Shown here: one piece after another, positions 17,889 to 26,509 of the stretch
How positions within the stretch are numbered: the first letter of the stretch is position 1
How the letters are laid out: every line of letters begins with the position of its first letter
Assembly: GCA_017937705.1 (NCBI GenBank)
Contig: JAGBDC010000030.1
Coordinates: 38,590-102,589, forward strand
DNA length: 64,000 bases
Direction of reading: 5' to 3'
DNA from: Alphaproteobacteria bacterium
Lineage (GTDB): Bacteria; Pseudomonadota; Alphaproteobacteria; RF32; CAG-239
Translations under genes and position numbers: made by a program
Notes under the pieces: model-generated
Databases searched by the model: none
What the model was told of the DNA's origin: nothing
What the model saw: the letters and a program-made list of their open reading frames with translations, nothing else

Positions 17889-19250
17889 ATGACCAAAACC
17901 ATTATCATATTGTTGGTGGCATTTTTATGGTATGGCAATAATATTGCTGAGGCAAATGAAGTGTCACCAACATCTGATTCTACAAGAGTTATTACAATGT
18001 CACATGAAGAAGTACTTTCTTTTGCATCAGATTTAATGAAGCAAGGAAAACTTGCTGATGCAAGAAAAGTTCTTTTATTGAAGCCATATAATAATAAAGA
18101 ACTGGAAATAGAACGATTATATCTTTTAGCTCAAGTTGCAATATTAGAACATAAATATAACGAAGCAATTGATATTTACCATTTTATTTTAGATTATCAG
18201 CCTGATATTCCCAATATCAGATTTAGATTAGCAGAATTATATCTAAAAAAAGAAGACTGGATGCGTGCCGAATATCATTATCGTTTAGCTTTATCTCACA
18301 AAGACACACCGAAAGAAATACAACATAGAATACAATATGCTCTATATTATATTAGAAAAAATAAAAACTGGAATTTGTGGTTTAATGTAGGAATTGCGCC
18401 TGATAATAATGTAAATAACACAACATCAGGCGAACAATGTGTTAGTACATTGTTTGGTGTTATGTGTAATACATTAGATGAACCGGAAAAAGATGTAGGC
18501 TTAAATACAATGGTCGGTGGTGATTATGAATTTAAACTCAATGATAACTGGCGACTAAAGAACGAGTTTATGTTTTATAATTCAAAATATAATGATAAAA
18601 AATATGACGATACATATCTATATTATACATTAGGAGCAAGATACATTTATAATAAAGGAGATATTTTCTTTGGACCAACTTTTTCAAAGAGATATCTTGC
18701 TCATAAATCTTATAATTACTCAACCGGTTTTATGTTTGAAACAAGTTATGATATAACTAAACAATTAAATGCCAATTTGACACTTAGTTATACTCCAACA
18801 TATTATGATGATTATTCTGATATTTTAGATGGAGATGTAAAAAGTGCAAGACTACGTCTTTTTTATGCTTTAGATTCTTCAAAATATTTCATATTTAAGA
18901 CAGGATATGAATATGAAAAGACTAAAGATAAAACATATACAAATGACAGAATAAACCTTGCTCTCGGTTTTGGTGCAGAATTACCCTATGGTTTTCATAT
19001 ATATGCAGAACCATCTGTTTTATATACCCAATATAAAGGCGAACGTTGGACTGTAGATAATTATGAATTTAAGCAAGTTAAAGAATACGACACAACACAA
19101 AGATATTCCATATCTCTTTCTAATCGTAAAATATCATTTATGGGATTGATTCCGACCTTAACATACTCCTATACCGATAAGAGTTCCAATATTTGGCAAA
19201 GAGAATACGAAAAATCTTTAATAGAATTTACAATACAGAAAAGATTTTAG
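17889..19250 (+). CDS. Surface lipoprotein assembly modifier (Slam; TPR + DUF560 outer-membrane barrel, type XI secretion)
   Basis: Signal peptide, TPR-like repeats (res ~40-150), then a beta-strand-rich region starting NWNLWFNVGIAPDNNVNN and ending with an aromatic C-terminal residue (QKRF). Sits 8 nt after the lipoprotein gene. Confidence 0.7.
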   Translation: MTKTIIILLVAFLWYGNNIAEANEVSPTSDSTRVITMSHEEVLSFASDLMKQGKLADARKVLLLKPYNNKELEIERLYLLAQVAILEHKYNEAIDIYHFILDYQPDIPNIRFRLAELYLKKEDWMRAEYHYRLALSHKDTPKEIQHRIQYALYYIRKNKNWNLWFNVGIAPDNNVNNTTSGEQCVSTLFGVMCNTLDEPEKDVGLNTMVGGDYEFKLNDNWRLKNEFMFYNSKYNDKKYDDTYLYYTLGARYIYNKGDIFFGPTFSKRYLAHKSYNYSTGFMFETSYDITKQLNANLTLSYTPTYYDDYSDILDGDVKSARLRLFYALDSSKYFIFKTGYEYEKTKDKTYTNDRINLALGFGAELPYGFHIYAEPSVLYTQYKGERWTVDNYEFKQVKEYDTTQRYSISLSNRKISFMGLIPTLTYSYTDKSSNIWQREYEKSLIEFTIQKRF

Positions 19251-19270
19251 GCTGAATTGTGTGAGACTTT

Positions 19271-19307
19271 ATAAAAACAGGCGTGTGACACTTTGCGATT
19301 ATTAAAC
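19271..19307 (-). repeat. Degenerate distal copy of the pseudo-tRNA-3' segment (scar)
   Basis: CTTTGCGATTATT matches GTTTGCGATTATC of unit B, and the flanking ATAAAAACAGGCG resembles TATAAAATGGTGCG. Lies directly after the GNAT gene. Confidence 0.35.
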
Positions 19308-19313
19308 TAATTT

Positions 19314-19838
19314 TTATAGTTTCTTTGAAAAATAAAGAGCAACTTCATCATCATTTTGTAAATCTGCGTACGGCTCCAGTACTTTTCCCTTCCACCACAA
19401 TCCTGATCCATCAGGTATGTATCCATGTTTAACATACATTCTTTGTGCCGCTCCATAATCACGATGCAATCCTACACCGATAACTACAGTGTCTGCATAT
19501 TTCCGTGCTATATCTTCTGCAACTTGTATGAGTAAACTTCCAATTCCTTGATTTCTGTATTTTTTTAATACTCCTAAATCAATTAACTCAGGAAATCCTT
19601 GCCCGCCATATAAACCACACATTGTATTGGGATAGATGTTAAAATATCCTGCGACATTGCCTTTGTATTCAGCTACTATGGCAACACACTTTCCATCAGC
19701 AACATCTTGTAGGCGTTGCGTGTATTTTTCTATACTTTGATGTGTCCAACCTTGCAAATGTTCTTCATGTGTAATGATTTCAGGGTCTGATTCAACCATA
19801 TCTCTGATAATAACATCATTTATGTTGTAATAAATCAT
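19314..19838 (-). CDS. GNAT-family N-acetyltransferase
   Basis: Acetyl-CoA binding motif LKKYRNQGIGSLLIQVAEDIARKY; 174 aa. Confidence 0.85.
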   Translation of the reverse strand: MIYYNINDVIIRDMVESDPEIITHEEHLQGWTHQSIEKYTQRLQDVADGKCVAIVAEYKGNVAGYFNIYPNTMCGLYGGQGFPELIDLGVLKKYRNQGIGSLLIQVAEDIARKYADTVVIGVGLHRDYGAAQRMYVKHGYIPDGSGLWWKGKVLEPYADLQNDDEVALYFSKKL

Positions 19839-19922
19839 TGTTCATACTTTCTAGAAATGTTTATTTTCTGTTACTATATAACCAACAAATTATTTTATAA
19901 AGAAAATTAAAATTTTTATCCT

Positions 19923-20061
19923 AAGTCCGAATAATTTGCAGAAATCTGTCGTTTTTAGGAATCAGATTGTTAGATTTTTACAACTCACTCCCACAAAAGT
20001 AAAAAAAGCACCTAAATAGGTGCTTTTAAAAAACTGGTGTGCGATATTGTGCGGGTATTAG
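19923..20061 (-). repeat. Repeat unit A: leader + terminator hairpin + pseudo-tRNA-3' end
   Basis: AAGTCCGAATAATTTGCAGAAATCTGTCGTTTTTAGGAATCA aligns with units B and C. Hairpin GCACCTAAATAGGTGC (20008-20023), then ...CTGGTGTGCGATATTGTGCGGGTATT. Confidence 0.6.
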
Positions 20062-20126
20062 AATAATTTTTATGAAAAATACAAGTAACAGTGATTTAAC
20101 CACAAGCTGTTTTTATTATGTTTGTA

Positions 20127-20888
20127 TTAATTTACAGGCGGAACTTCTTTGAAAATATTTTCATTAGCCATCACAAAAATCTGCCTAATTTGAAAATAAT
20201 CATCAATATTTTTAAAACCTTTTGTTTTAACAATGGCACCAGCTTCTTCGGCAATCAAAACTGCGGCGGAATAATCCCATGGTGATAGCTTGAACTCACA
20301 AAAATAACCTATCCGTCCGCAAGCGAGATTGCAAATTTCCAAAGCAGCCGAGCCGCAGCGCCTAACATCAATTGAAGCCTTAAAACATTTCTTTGCATAT
20401 TCAAAAACATCATCAACTTCAGATAAGTCCATTACGCCCGTTCCGAATGTTACAAGGCTATGAGCCAAATCGTCTTTTGTTGTATATATGGCTTGGCCAT
20501 TTAACGTTGCTCCCTTGCCCTTTTCAGCACAAAATAGCTCATCTAAATAAGGATTATAAACAACACCTAAAACCGGCTTGCCTTCCTTTAATAAAGCAAC
20601 ACAAATCGAGCTGAAGTTACAACCTTTTACAAAATTTGTCGTACCATCAATCGGGTCACACACAAAACAATAACCACTTTTTTCGTAGTTATGCTCACCT
20701 TCTTCACCAAAAAATGAGGCTTCGGGCAAAATTTCTTTTAGTTTTTTTTGTAATATTGTTTGTACCTTTAAATCATACTCCGTTAATAAATTTCTTCTGT
20801 CTTCATTTTTGAGCATTACATGATGTATTTGTGCATTTTTGACAATTATGCCACATTCTTTAACAATTTCCACTATTTTGTTTATCAT
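20127..20888 (-). CDS. Inositol monophosphatase family protein (SuhB/CysQ-like)
   Basis: FVCDPIDGTTNFV and SPWDYSAAVLIAEEAG signature motifs. Confidence 0.9.
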   Translation of the reverse strand: MINKIVEIVKECGIIVKNAQIHHVMLKNEDRRNLLTEYDLKVQTILQKKLKEILPEASFFGEEGEHNYEKSGYCFVCDPIDGTTNFVKGCNFSSICVALLKEGKPVLGVVYNPYLDELFCAEKGKGATLNGQAIYTTKDDLAHSLVTFGTGVMDLSEVDDVFEYAKKCFKASIDVRRCGSAALEICNLACGRIGYFCEFKLSPWDYSAAVLIAEEAGAIVKTKGFKNIDDYFQIRQIFVMANENIFKEVPPVN

Positions 20889-20995
20889 AAGTCACCCCCT
20901 AACTAAAATGTTACGACATACAAATTTATATCTATCAAATAAAAGAGACACAAACAATGTATTTTATTATTTTTTCTACAAGTTACAAATCTTAG

Positions 20996-21135
20996 TAAGG
21001 CTATAATACCTGCCAAATTGCTGTTTTAGGGATTTATAAATCGGACTTTGAGGGAAACAAACCCAAAAAGCAAAAAAAACACCTCAATAGGTGCTTTTTA
21101 TAAAATGGTGCGCAATAGTTTGCGATTATCGGACT
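20996..21135 (-). repeat. Repeat unit B: leader + terminator hairpin + pseudo-tRNA-3' end
   Basis: Contains ATAAATCGGACTTTGAGGGA, an A-run, hairpin CACCTCAATAGGTG (21080-21093, identical to the tRNA-Thr terminator), then TTTATAAAATGGTGC and a degenerate tRNA 3' part ending ATCGGACT. Confidence 0.65.
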
Positions 21136-21188
21136 GAAAATTACGATGAATATAGGCAGCTGGAATACAAATTAGAATTAATCTTCAA

Positions 21189-22940
21189 CTAAAAATTGAA
21201 CTCAAGTTGATTTTTGTTTTTCTGATATTTCGTTGCTTCTTCCTCATCTGCATATCGCCAAATATACCCGCTAGCTTTAGGACGTATACCTTGGCATACT
21301 GCTACAATATTTCCACTGCTAATTTTCATTTTGCGTGATGCATCAGAAATTGAAATAAATGTTTGTACAATTTTATTAGTTTTAGGATCTATCATATGAA
21401 CGGCTTTTCTTTTTATCTGAGTTACTTTTTCTATTCCGCATTTCATACAACCATAACCATATGCTCTGTGTCCGATAGTCGCTTCGTATTCATAACCACA
21501 TTGTGAACATTTCCACCAAACCTTGTGATCAGACATCGGTTTAAACATATATGGTGTTAATTTTTCATTTTTAGTTGGATGCCATTCTTTTGCCAATCCA
21601 GGATAAAGTTCTCCAAAAGATCCTTTTTTATACTCTGTTATATATTCATTTAATATTTTTGCTTTATCTCTTTTTATATCAATATCATATGATGGAAATA
21701 CATTTGTTCTCTTATTATCAAATTTAGAAATTAAAACATTTAATTTGTGCAAAATATACGGAATATATATGTTTAAATTTTCATATTTATATAAATCAGG
21801 AATACAAATACATTCATCAGCATTATCTATAGCTGAATTATTTTTTTCTTTTAATCTTATTAAATAAATATTGTTTTTTTTACATATTTTATATTTCTTT
21901 TGTTCCTTATGAATTTTATTGTTTTTATGCCAAGCTTCACCATCGTATTCTATTGCGATGTTTACTGATGGAATAAAAATATCCAGTTCCATTTTGCCTA
22001 AAAAGTCAGCTTTATAACGACTTATTGTATCAGGATAAATTTTCTTTATATAATAATAAAAAGCCTGTTCAGCAAAGGAAGTTTGTCGTCCGGAGTAGCA
22101 TATAGGACAGCCTGTAGCATTATTCCCTGTTCTGTGATTTACAGTTGCCTGATATTCATGTCCATGAGGACAAAGCCACCAAACTTTTTTCCCGCAACCA
22201 TAAGTGACATCTTCAGGCCCGAGCTGTCCATTTTTAACAGGATGCCATTCCTTTGCTAATTCGGGGTGTGTTGTCGCTAAATCATTTTTGCCTTTAACAA
22301 TAGCTCTATTCATACAACAAGGACATCCTTTATCACTTTTTCTTGTCCTATTGCTTATGACCGCTTGCCATTCATAGCCACATTTTTTACATTTCCACCA
22401 AACTTTTTTAGGACTACTCGCTAATATCTGAGATGGCAATATATTTGTGTTTTTCTGGTAATTCCACTCTTCCAATAATTGTGGATTTGTAATAGCTAAA
22501 TTTTTCTTATTCAAAAAATTCTCTTTTTTACAATGGCTACAACCATTATAATTTTTAATACTTTTTTCAATTTCTTTGCCACAAATATGGCATTTCCACC
22601 ATGCCTTATATCGAGAACCTTTTGTAAACATATCTGGGGTTAATTTGCCATTTTTTATAGGATGCCAATCTTTTGCAATTTCTATATTTATCTGAGTATC
22701 TAATCCTCTTTTAATTTTAGACCAACGACCATGATGACAATTTGGACAACAACGTCCATCTTTTGCTCGATGAGAGATGGTCGTTTCCCAATGATATCCG
22801 CATAGTGAGCATTTCCACCAGACCTTTTTTTGACTGCCGCACGTAATTTCTTTGGGGTTCAGGTCTCGATTAGCTTCCCAATCCCATTCTTTCATCAATT
22901 TTTCTTCATAAATTAAATATTTTTTATTCGTAGCAAGCAT
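21189..22940 (-). CDS. Multi-zinc-ribbon (treble-clef, DUF4379-like x5) protein with an embedded Vsr/DUF559-like endonuclease core and a C-terminal NUMOD1-like DNA-binding module
   Basis: Five repeats of W(H/N)P.KN..L.P......S..K.WWKC..CG.E..... with a C..C pair. MELDIFIPSVNIAIEYDGEAWH nuclease-like core. C-terminal IVQTFISISDASRKMKISSGNIVAVCQG...GYIWRY. Confidence 0.75.
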   Translation of the reverse strand: MLATNKKYLIYEEKLMKEWDWEANRDLNPKEITCGSQKKVWWKCSLCGYHWETTISHRAKDGRCCPNCHHGRWSKIKRGLDTQINIEIAKDWHPIKNGKLTPDMFTKGSRYKAWWKCHICGKEIEKSIKNYNGCSHCKKENFLNKKNLAITNPQLLEEWNYQKNTNILPSQILASSPKKVWWKCKKCGYEWQAVISNRTRKSDKGCPCCMNRAIVKGKNDLATTHPELAKEWHPVKNGQLGPEDVTYGCGKKVWWLCPHGHEYQATVNHRTGNNATGCPICYSGRQTSFAEQAFYYYIKKIYPDTISRYKADFLGKMELDIFIPSVNIAIEYDGEAWHKNNKIHKEQKKYKICKKNNIYLIRLKEKNNSAIDNADECICIPDLYKYENLNIYIPYILHKLNVLISKFDNKRTNVFPSYDIDIKRDKAKILNEYITEYKKGSFGELYPGLAKEWHPTKNEKLTPYMFKPMSDHKVWWKCSQCGYEYEATIGHRAYGYGCMKCGIEKVTQIKRKAVHMIDPKTNKIVQTFISISDASRKMKISSGNIVAVCQGIRPKASGYIWRYADEEEATKYQKNKNQLEFNF

Positions 22941-23069
22941 ATTTTTTATCCTTGCATAAGGATTAACTATTTAGCTAAATTTTGCAACTATTTTATAAAA
23001 ATCTTATAAAATTTATCGGACTGGGATTGGTTTTCTCAAAATGCTTGATTTTATTGCTCTTTGCTTAAA

Positions 23070-23180
23070 AAGTCCGATAATTGATGAAAAACTGCCATTT
23101 TCGGGATTCATAAAATCGGACTTTGTGAGAGTCAATTATATCAACAAAAAAAAACACCTCAATAGGTGCCTTTTATAAAA
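23070..23180 (-). repeat. Repeat unit C: native tRNA-Thr terminator and downstream leader (master copy)
   Basis: AAGTCCGAT (23070) and ATCGGACTT (23115) form an inverted pair. A-run plus CACCTCAATAGGTG (23155-23168) is the rho-independent terminator of the minus-strand tRNA. TTTATAAAATGGTGC junction. Confidence 0.65.
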
Positions 23181-23255
23181 TGGTGCCGCTAGTAAGAATC
23201 GGACTTACGACCCCGTCATTACCAATGACGTGCTCTACCACTGAGCTATAGCGGC
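23181..23255 (-). tRNA. tRNA-Thr (anticodon GGU), CCA encoded
   Basis: The reverse complement GCCGCTATAGCTCAGTGGTAGAGCACGTCATTGGTAATGACGGGGTCGTAAGTCCGATTCTTACTAGCGGCACCA folds into a perfect cloverleaf with anticodon loop TTGGTAA. The T-loop reads TCCGATT (C at position 55). Confidence 0.9.
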
Positions 23256-23396
23256 TTAACAAAAGTGAACATACATATATTAAAATTAAAAATCAAGTAT
23301 AATTTTTAAAAATGTTGATTTTTTTATAACAATTATAAAAAGCTTGCTAAAAAACAATATATATGCTAAACTATTTATCAGTTAAATTTAATTAGT

Positions 23397-23669
23397 ATGA
23401 AAAAGTTATTTATCTTAATTGCAGCTATTGCTGTTACATTTGGTATAACTTCTTGCACTGAGCAGGAGCGTACCAGAACATTCGGCGGAACTATGGAAAT
23501 CAAGCTCGAGCCGGGTGAAAAGCTGATGATGGCGACATGGAAAGAGTCAGATTTGTTCTATCTTACCGAACCTATGGAGCCGGATTATCAGCCAAAGAGG
23601 AAAACTTTCAAGGAAAGTTCTTCCTATGGGATAATGGAGTCAACGATTGTTTTTGTTGAAACTCGCTAA
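23397..23669 (+). CDS. Small lipoprotein (90 aa), GC-richer than flanks
   Basis: Signal peptide plus lipobox ITSC. Own promoter-like TTGCTA-17-TAAACT. Confidence 0.6.
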   Translation: MKKLFILIAAIAVTFGITSCTEQERTRTFGGTMEIKLEPGEKLMMATWKESDLFYLTEPMEPDYQPKRKTFKESSSYGIMESTIVFVETR

Positions 23670-23808
23670 TAATCCCTATGGAGTTGCGATGAAGAGTTGT
23701 CTTATAAAAAGGACAACTCTTTTTTGTTATGTATTATTATTTTTTGTGCTTGATTATTGCTCTTATCGGTTGTTATATTTGAGTAGGAAATAATAAAAGG
23801 AATTAATA

Positions 23809-23952
23809 ATGTCAGAAAAAAAGAAATCTCGTGCGGAAGAACGTTTTGAGCGTGAATCTAAAATGTTGCAGCGAAATTTGGAAAAAAGAAAAAAACAACA
23901 AGCTGCAATAAATAAACAAAAAGAGGAAAAGGAGAAACGTTCTAATGGATAA
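23809..23952 (+). CDS. Small highly basic protein (47 aa), translationally coupled to murA; not in the ORF track
   Basis: ATG 23809 preceded by AAAAGGA. Sequence MSEKKKSRAEERFERESKMLQRNLEKRKKQQAAINKQKEEKEKRSNG. Its stop overlaps the murA start (ATGGATAA). Confidence 0.45.
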   Translation: MSEKKKSRAEERFERESKMLQRNLEKRKKQQAAINKQKEEKEKRSNG

Positions 23953-25243
23953 GCTAAAGATTAGAGGCGGAAAACGTCTTGAAGGAAAAATTTTTATCAG
24001 TGGTGCAAAAAATGCTGCACTACCATTGATTTGTGCTTCTCTTTTAACTGATGAACCGGTTATTCTTACTAATATGCCGATGTTGTCTGATGTTCGCTCA
24101 ATGAATAAGTTATTGTTGCAATTAGGCACAACAATTGAAGCCAGAGATGAAATTATAAATAACAATGCTTGTAAAAACTATACTTATAGCACACCTAAAC
24201 TTACCGGATTGATAGCTCCTTATGATTATGTGCGTAAGATGAGAGCATCATATTATGTACTCGGCCCATTGTTGGCAAGAGAGGGACACGTTGAGTTATC
24301 TCTCCCCGGTGGTTGTGCAATAGGTGCACGCCCGATGGATATCCACTTATCATCATTGGAGCAAATGGGAGCTAAAATTGAAATTAAAAACGGATATGTT
24401 CATGCTGATGTAAATGGTCGTCTAAAAGGAACACACCTTGTTTTTAACATAGCTTCGGTAGGTGCAACTTGCAATATATTGATGGCAGCCACTTTGGCAG
24501 AAGGGGAAACAATTATTGAAAATGCTGCTCGTGAACCCGAAATCGGAGATTTGGCAAATATGCTCAATTCGATGGGAGCAAAAATCAGCGGTATCGGAAC
24601 TTCAGTATTAAAAGTTCAAGGGGTTGAAAAATTACACGGCACAACTCATAAAGTTATAACCGACAGAATTGAAGCCGGTTCTTATGCTGTTGCTGCTGCC
24701 ATTACCAGAGGAAGAATAGAACTTATAAATGCACAAGCCTCAACCCTACAAACTCCGATTAAAATTTTGCGAAAAATGGGAGTACATGTTGAAGAATACG
24801 AAAATTCGATAGTCGTTGATGCAGTTGATTGTACTTTAACAGGACAAGATATTATGACCGATTATTACCCCGGATTTCCTACCGATTTGCAAGCACAGTT
24901 TTTAACTTTGATGTTGACGGCAAAAGGGGCTTCAATGGTTACGGAAACAATTTTTGAAAATCGTTTTATGCACGTGCCCGAACTTTTACGTATGGGAGCA
25001 AACATCAATGTTCACGGACACGCATCGGCAATCGTCAGAGGAGTGGATAAACTTTATGGTGCTCCGGTTATGGCTACGGATTTGCGAGCTTCTTTTGCTC
25101 TGGTGCTTGCCGGACTTATTGCCGAAGGTGAAACAATTGTCAATCGAATTTATCACCTTGATAGAGGATATGAAAAATTGGAACAAAAATTACAAGCTGT
25201 CGGAGCTGATATTGAGAGAATAAAAGAAACAGAGGAAGAATAA
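23945..25243 (+). CDS. murA: UDP-N-acetylglucosamine 1-carboxyvinyltransferase
   Basis: MDKLKIRGG...GKI.ISGAKNAALP N-terminus, catalytic Cys in LPGGCAIGARPMD; 432 aa. Confidence 0.95.
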   Translation: MDKLKIRGGKRLEGKIFISGAKNAALPLICASLLTDEPVILTNMPMLSDVRSMNKLLLQLGTTIEARDEIINNNACKNYTYSTPKLTGLIAPYDYVRKMRASYYVLGPLLAREGHVELSLPGGCAIGARPMDIHLSSLEQMGAKIEIKNGYVHADVNGRLKGTHLVFNIASVGATCNILMAATLAEGETIIENAAREPEIGDLANMLNSMGAKISGIGTSVLKVQGVEKLHGTTHKVITDRIEAGSYAVAAAITRGRIELINAQASTLQTPIKILRKMGVHVEEYENSIVVDAVDCTLTGQDIMTDYYPGFPTDLQAQFLTLMLTAKGASMVTETIFENRFMHVPELLRMGANINVHGHASAIVRGVDKLYGAPVMATDLRASFALVLAGLIAEGETIVNRIYHLDRGYEKLEQKLQAVGADIERIKETEEE

Positions 25244-26506
25244 ATGCAACCAGAAATTACAGTACTGAAAAATGGTTTGCGGGTGGCCAGTTTTTATTAT
25301 CCGCAATTTGAAACGGTATCTTTGGGGATTTGGGTAAATACCGGTTCTGCTTATGAACCTGAAAACCTTAACGGTATTTCCCATTTTGTTGAACACATGG
25401 TATTCAAAGGAACAAAAAGTCGTAACGCATTTCAAATTTCTGAAGATATTGAAAACGTCGGGGGCCGTAGTAATGCATATACTTCAAGAGAATTTACCGC
25501 TTTTTATGCCAAAATGCTTAAAAATGATGCCGAATTAGCATTAGATGTCTTATCCGAAATGATGACTTGTCCGTCATTTTTGGAAGAAGAACTGATAAAA
25601 GAACGAGAAGTTGTTGTTCAGGAAATTAAGCAAACTTTTGATGATCCGAGTGATATTATTTTTGATTATATGCAGGCTCAAGCATATCAAAATCAAGCAA
25701 TGGGACGGCCGATTTTAGGCACTCCCGAATTAGTTCGCAGTTTCGGTTCAAAAGAGTTGCGAGCTTATATGAACAGTAATTATGCTGCAAACAATATGGT
25801 TGTTTGTGCAGTCGGAAATATTAAACATGATGATTTTGTGAAAATGGTCGAAAATAAAATGTCTCTTGTTCCGCAACATTCATCATTTAGTATTGATAAA
25901 CAAAAATATTATGGCGGATATTTTGCAGAAAAAAGAGATAATGAACAAGCCCAGATTATTTTAGGATTTGACGGTTTTAAATATGCTGATGAGCACTATT
26001 ATTCATCAATGTTGCTGACTTCCATTTTAGGTGGCGGAATGTCTTCTCGTTTGTTCAAAGAAATCAGAGAAAAACGCGGATTAGTATACTCAGTATATTG
26101 TTTTCCTAACTATTACACCGGAAGCGGGTTTACCGGAATTTCAGCGGCAACAGACAGAGAACAAATTAATGAGATGATGCCGGTTATGATTGATGAAATC
26201 AAAAAAATGACTAATGAAAAAGTATCGGCTGAAGAATTAGTCAGAGCCAAATCACAAATGAAAGCAGGTATGCTGATGTCTTTGGAAAATTCTTCGGCAG
26301 TTGCAGAAAAATTAGCTCGTCAATTATTGTTATTCAATCGCTATATGCTGGTTGACGAAATGGTTGAGTATATAGAAGCGGTTACTGCCGATGACATATT
26401 AAAAACAGCACAAAAGATATTTGCAACCAAACCTACTTATACTTTAGTCGGAAATATTGATAATCATATCAGTTATGAAGAGGTGCAAAATCTTATAAAA
26501 GGCTAG
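25244..26506 (+). CDS. M16-family (pitrilysin/MPP-like) zinc peptidase
   Basis: HxxEH motif in GISHFVEHMVFKGT; 420 aa. Confidence 0.9.
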   Translation: MQPEITVLKNGLRVASFYYPQFETVSLGIWVNTGSAYEPENLNGISHFVEHMVFKGTKSRNAFQISEDIENVGGRSNAYTSREFTAFYAKMLKNDAELALDVLSEMMTCPSFLEEELIKEREVVVQEIKQTFDDPSDIIFDYMQAQAYQNQAMGRPILGTPELVRSFGSKELRAYMNSNYAANNMVVCAVGNIKHDDFVKMVENKMSLVPQHSSFSIDKQKYYGGYFAEKRDNEQAQIILGFDGFKYADEHYYSSMLLTSILGGGMSSRLFKEIREKRGLVYSVYCFPNYYTGSGFTGISAATDREQINEMMPVMIDEIKKMTNEKVSAEELVRAKSQMKAGMLMSLENSSAVAEKLARQLLLFNRYMLVDEMVEYIEAVTADDILKTAQKIFATKPTYTLVGNIDNHISYEEVQNLIKG

Positions 26507-26509
26507 ACT

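Larger units (their letters stand above)
19271..23180 (-). mobile_element. Putative tRNA-Thr-adjacent array of three single-gene cassettes bounded by direct repeats (no recombinase seen)
   Basis: See the repeat features at 19271, 19923, 20996 and 23070. Each repeat is followed in the tRNA orientation by exactly one gene. Confidence 0.35.

Noticed and set aside
23812-24165. 117-aa minus-strand ORF spanning the murA start region
   Set aside because: It is antisense to the murA N-terminus and to the RBS-supported small plus-strand ORF. Its low-complexity F/L/S-rich translation is typical of a shadow ORF.
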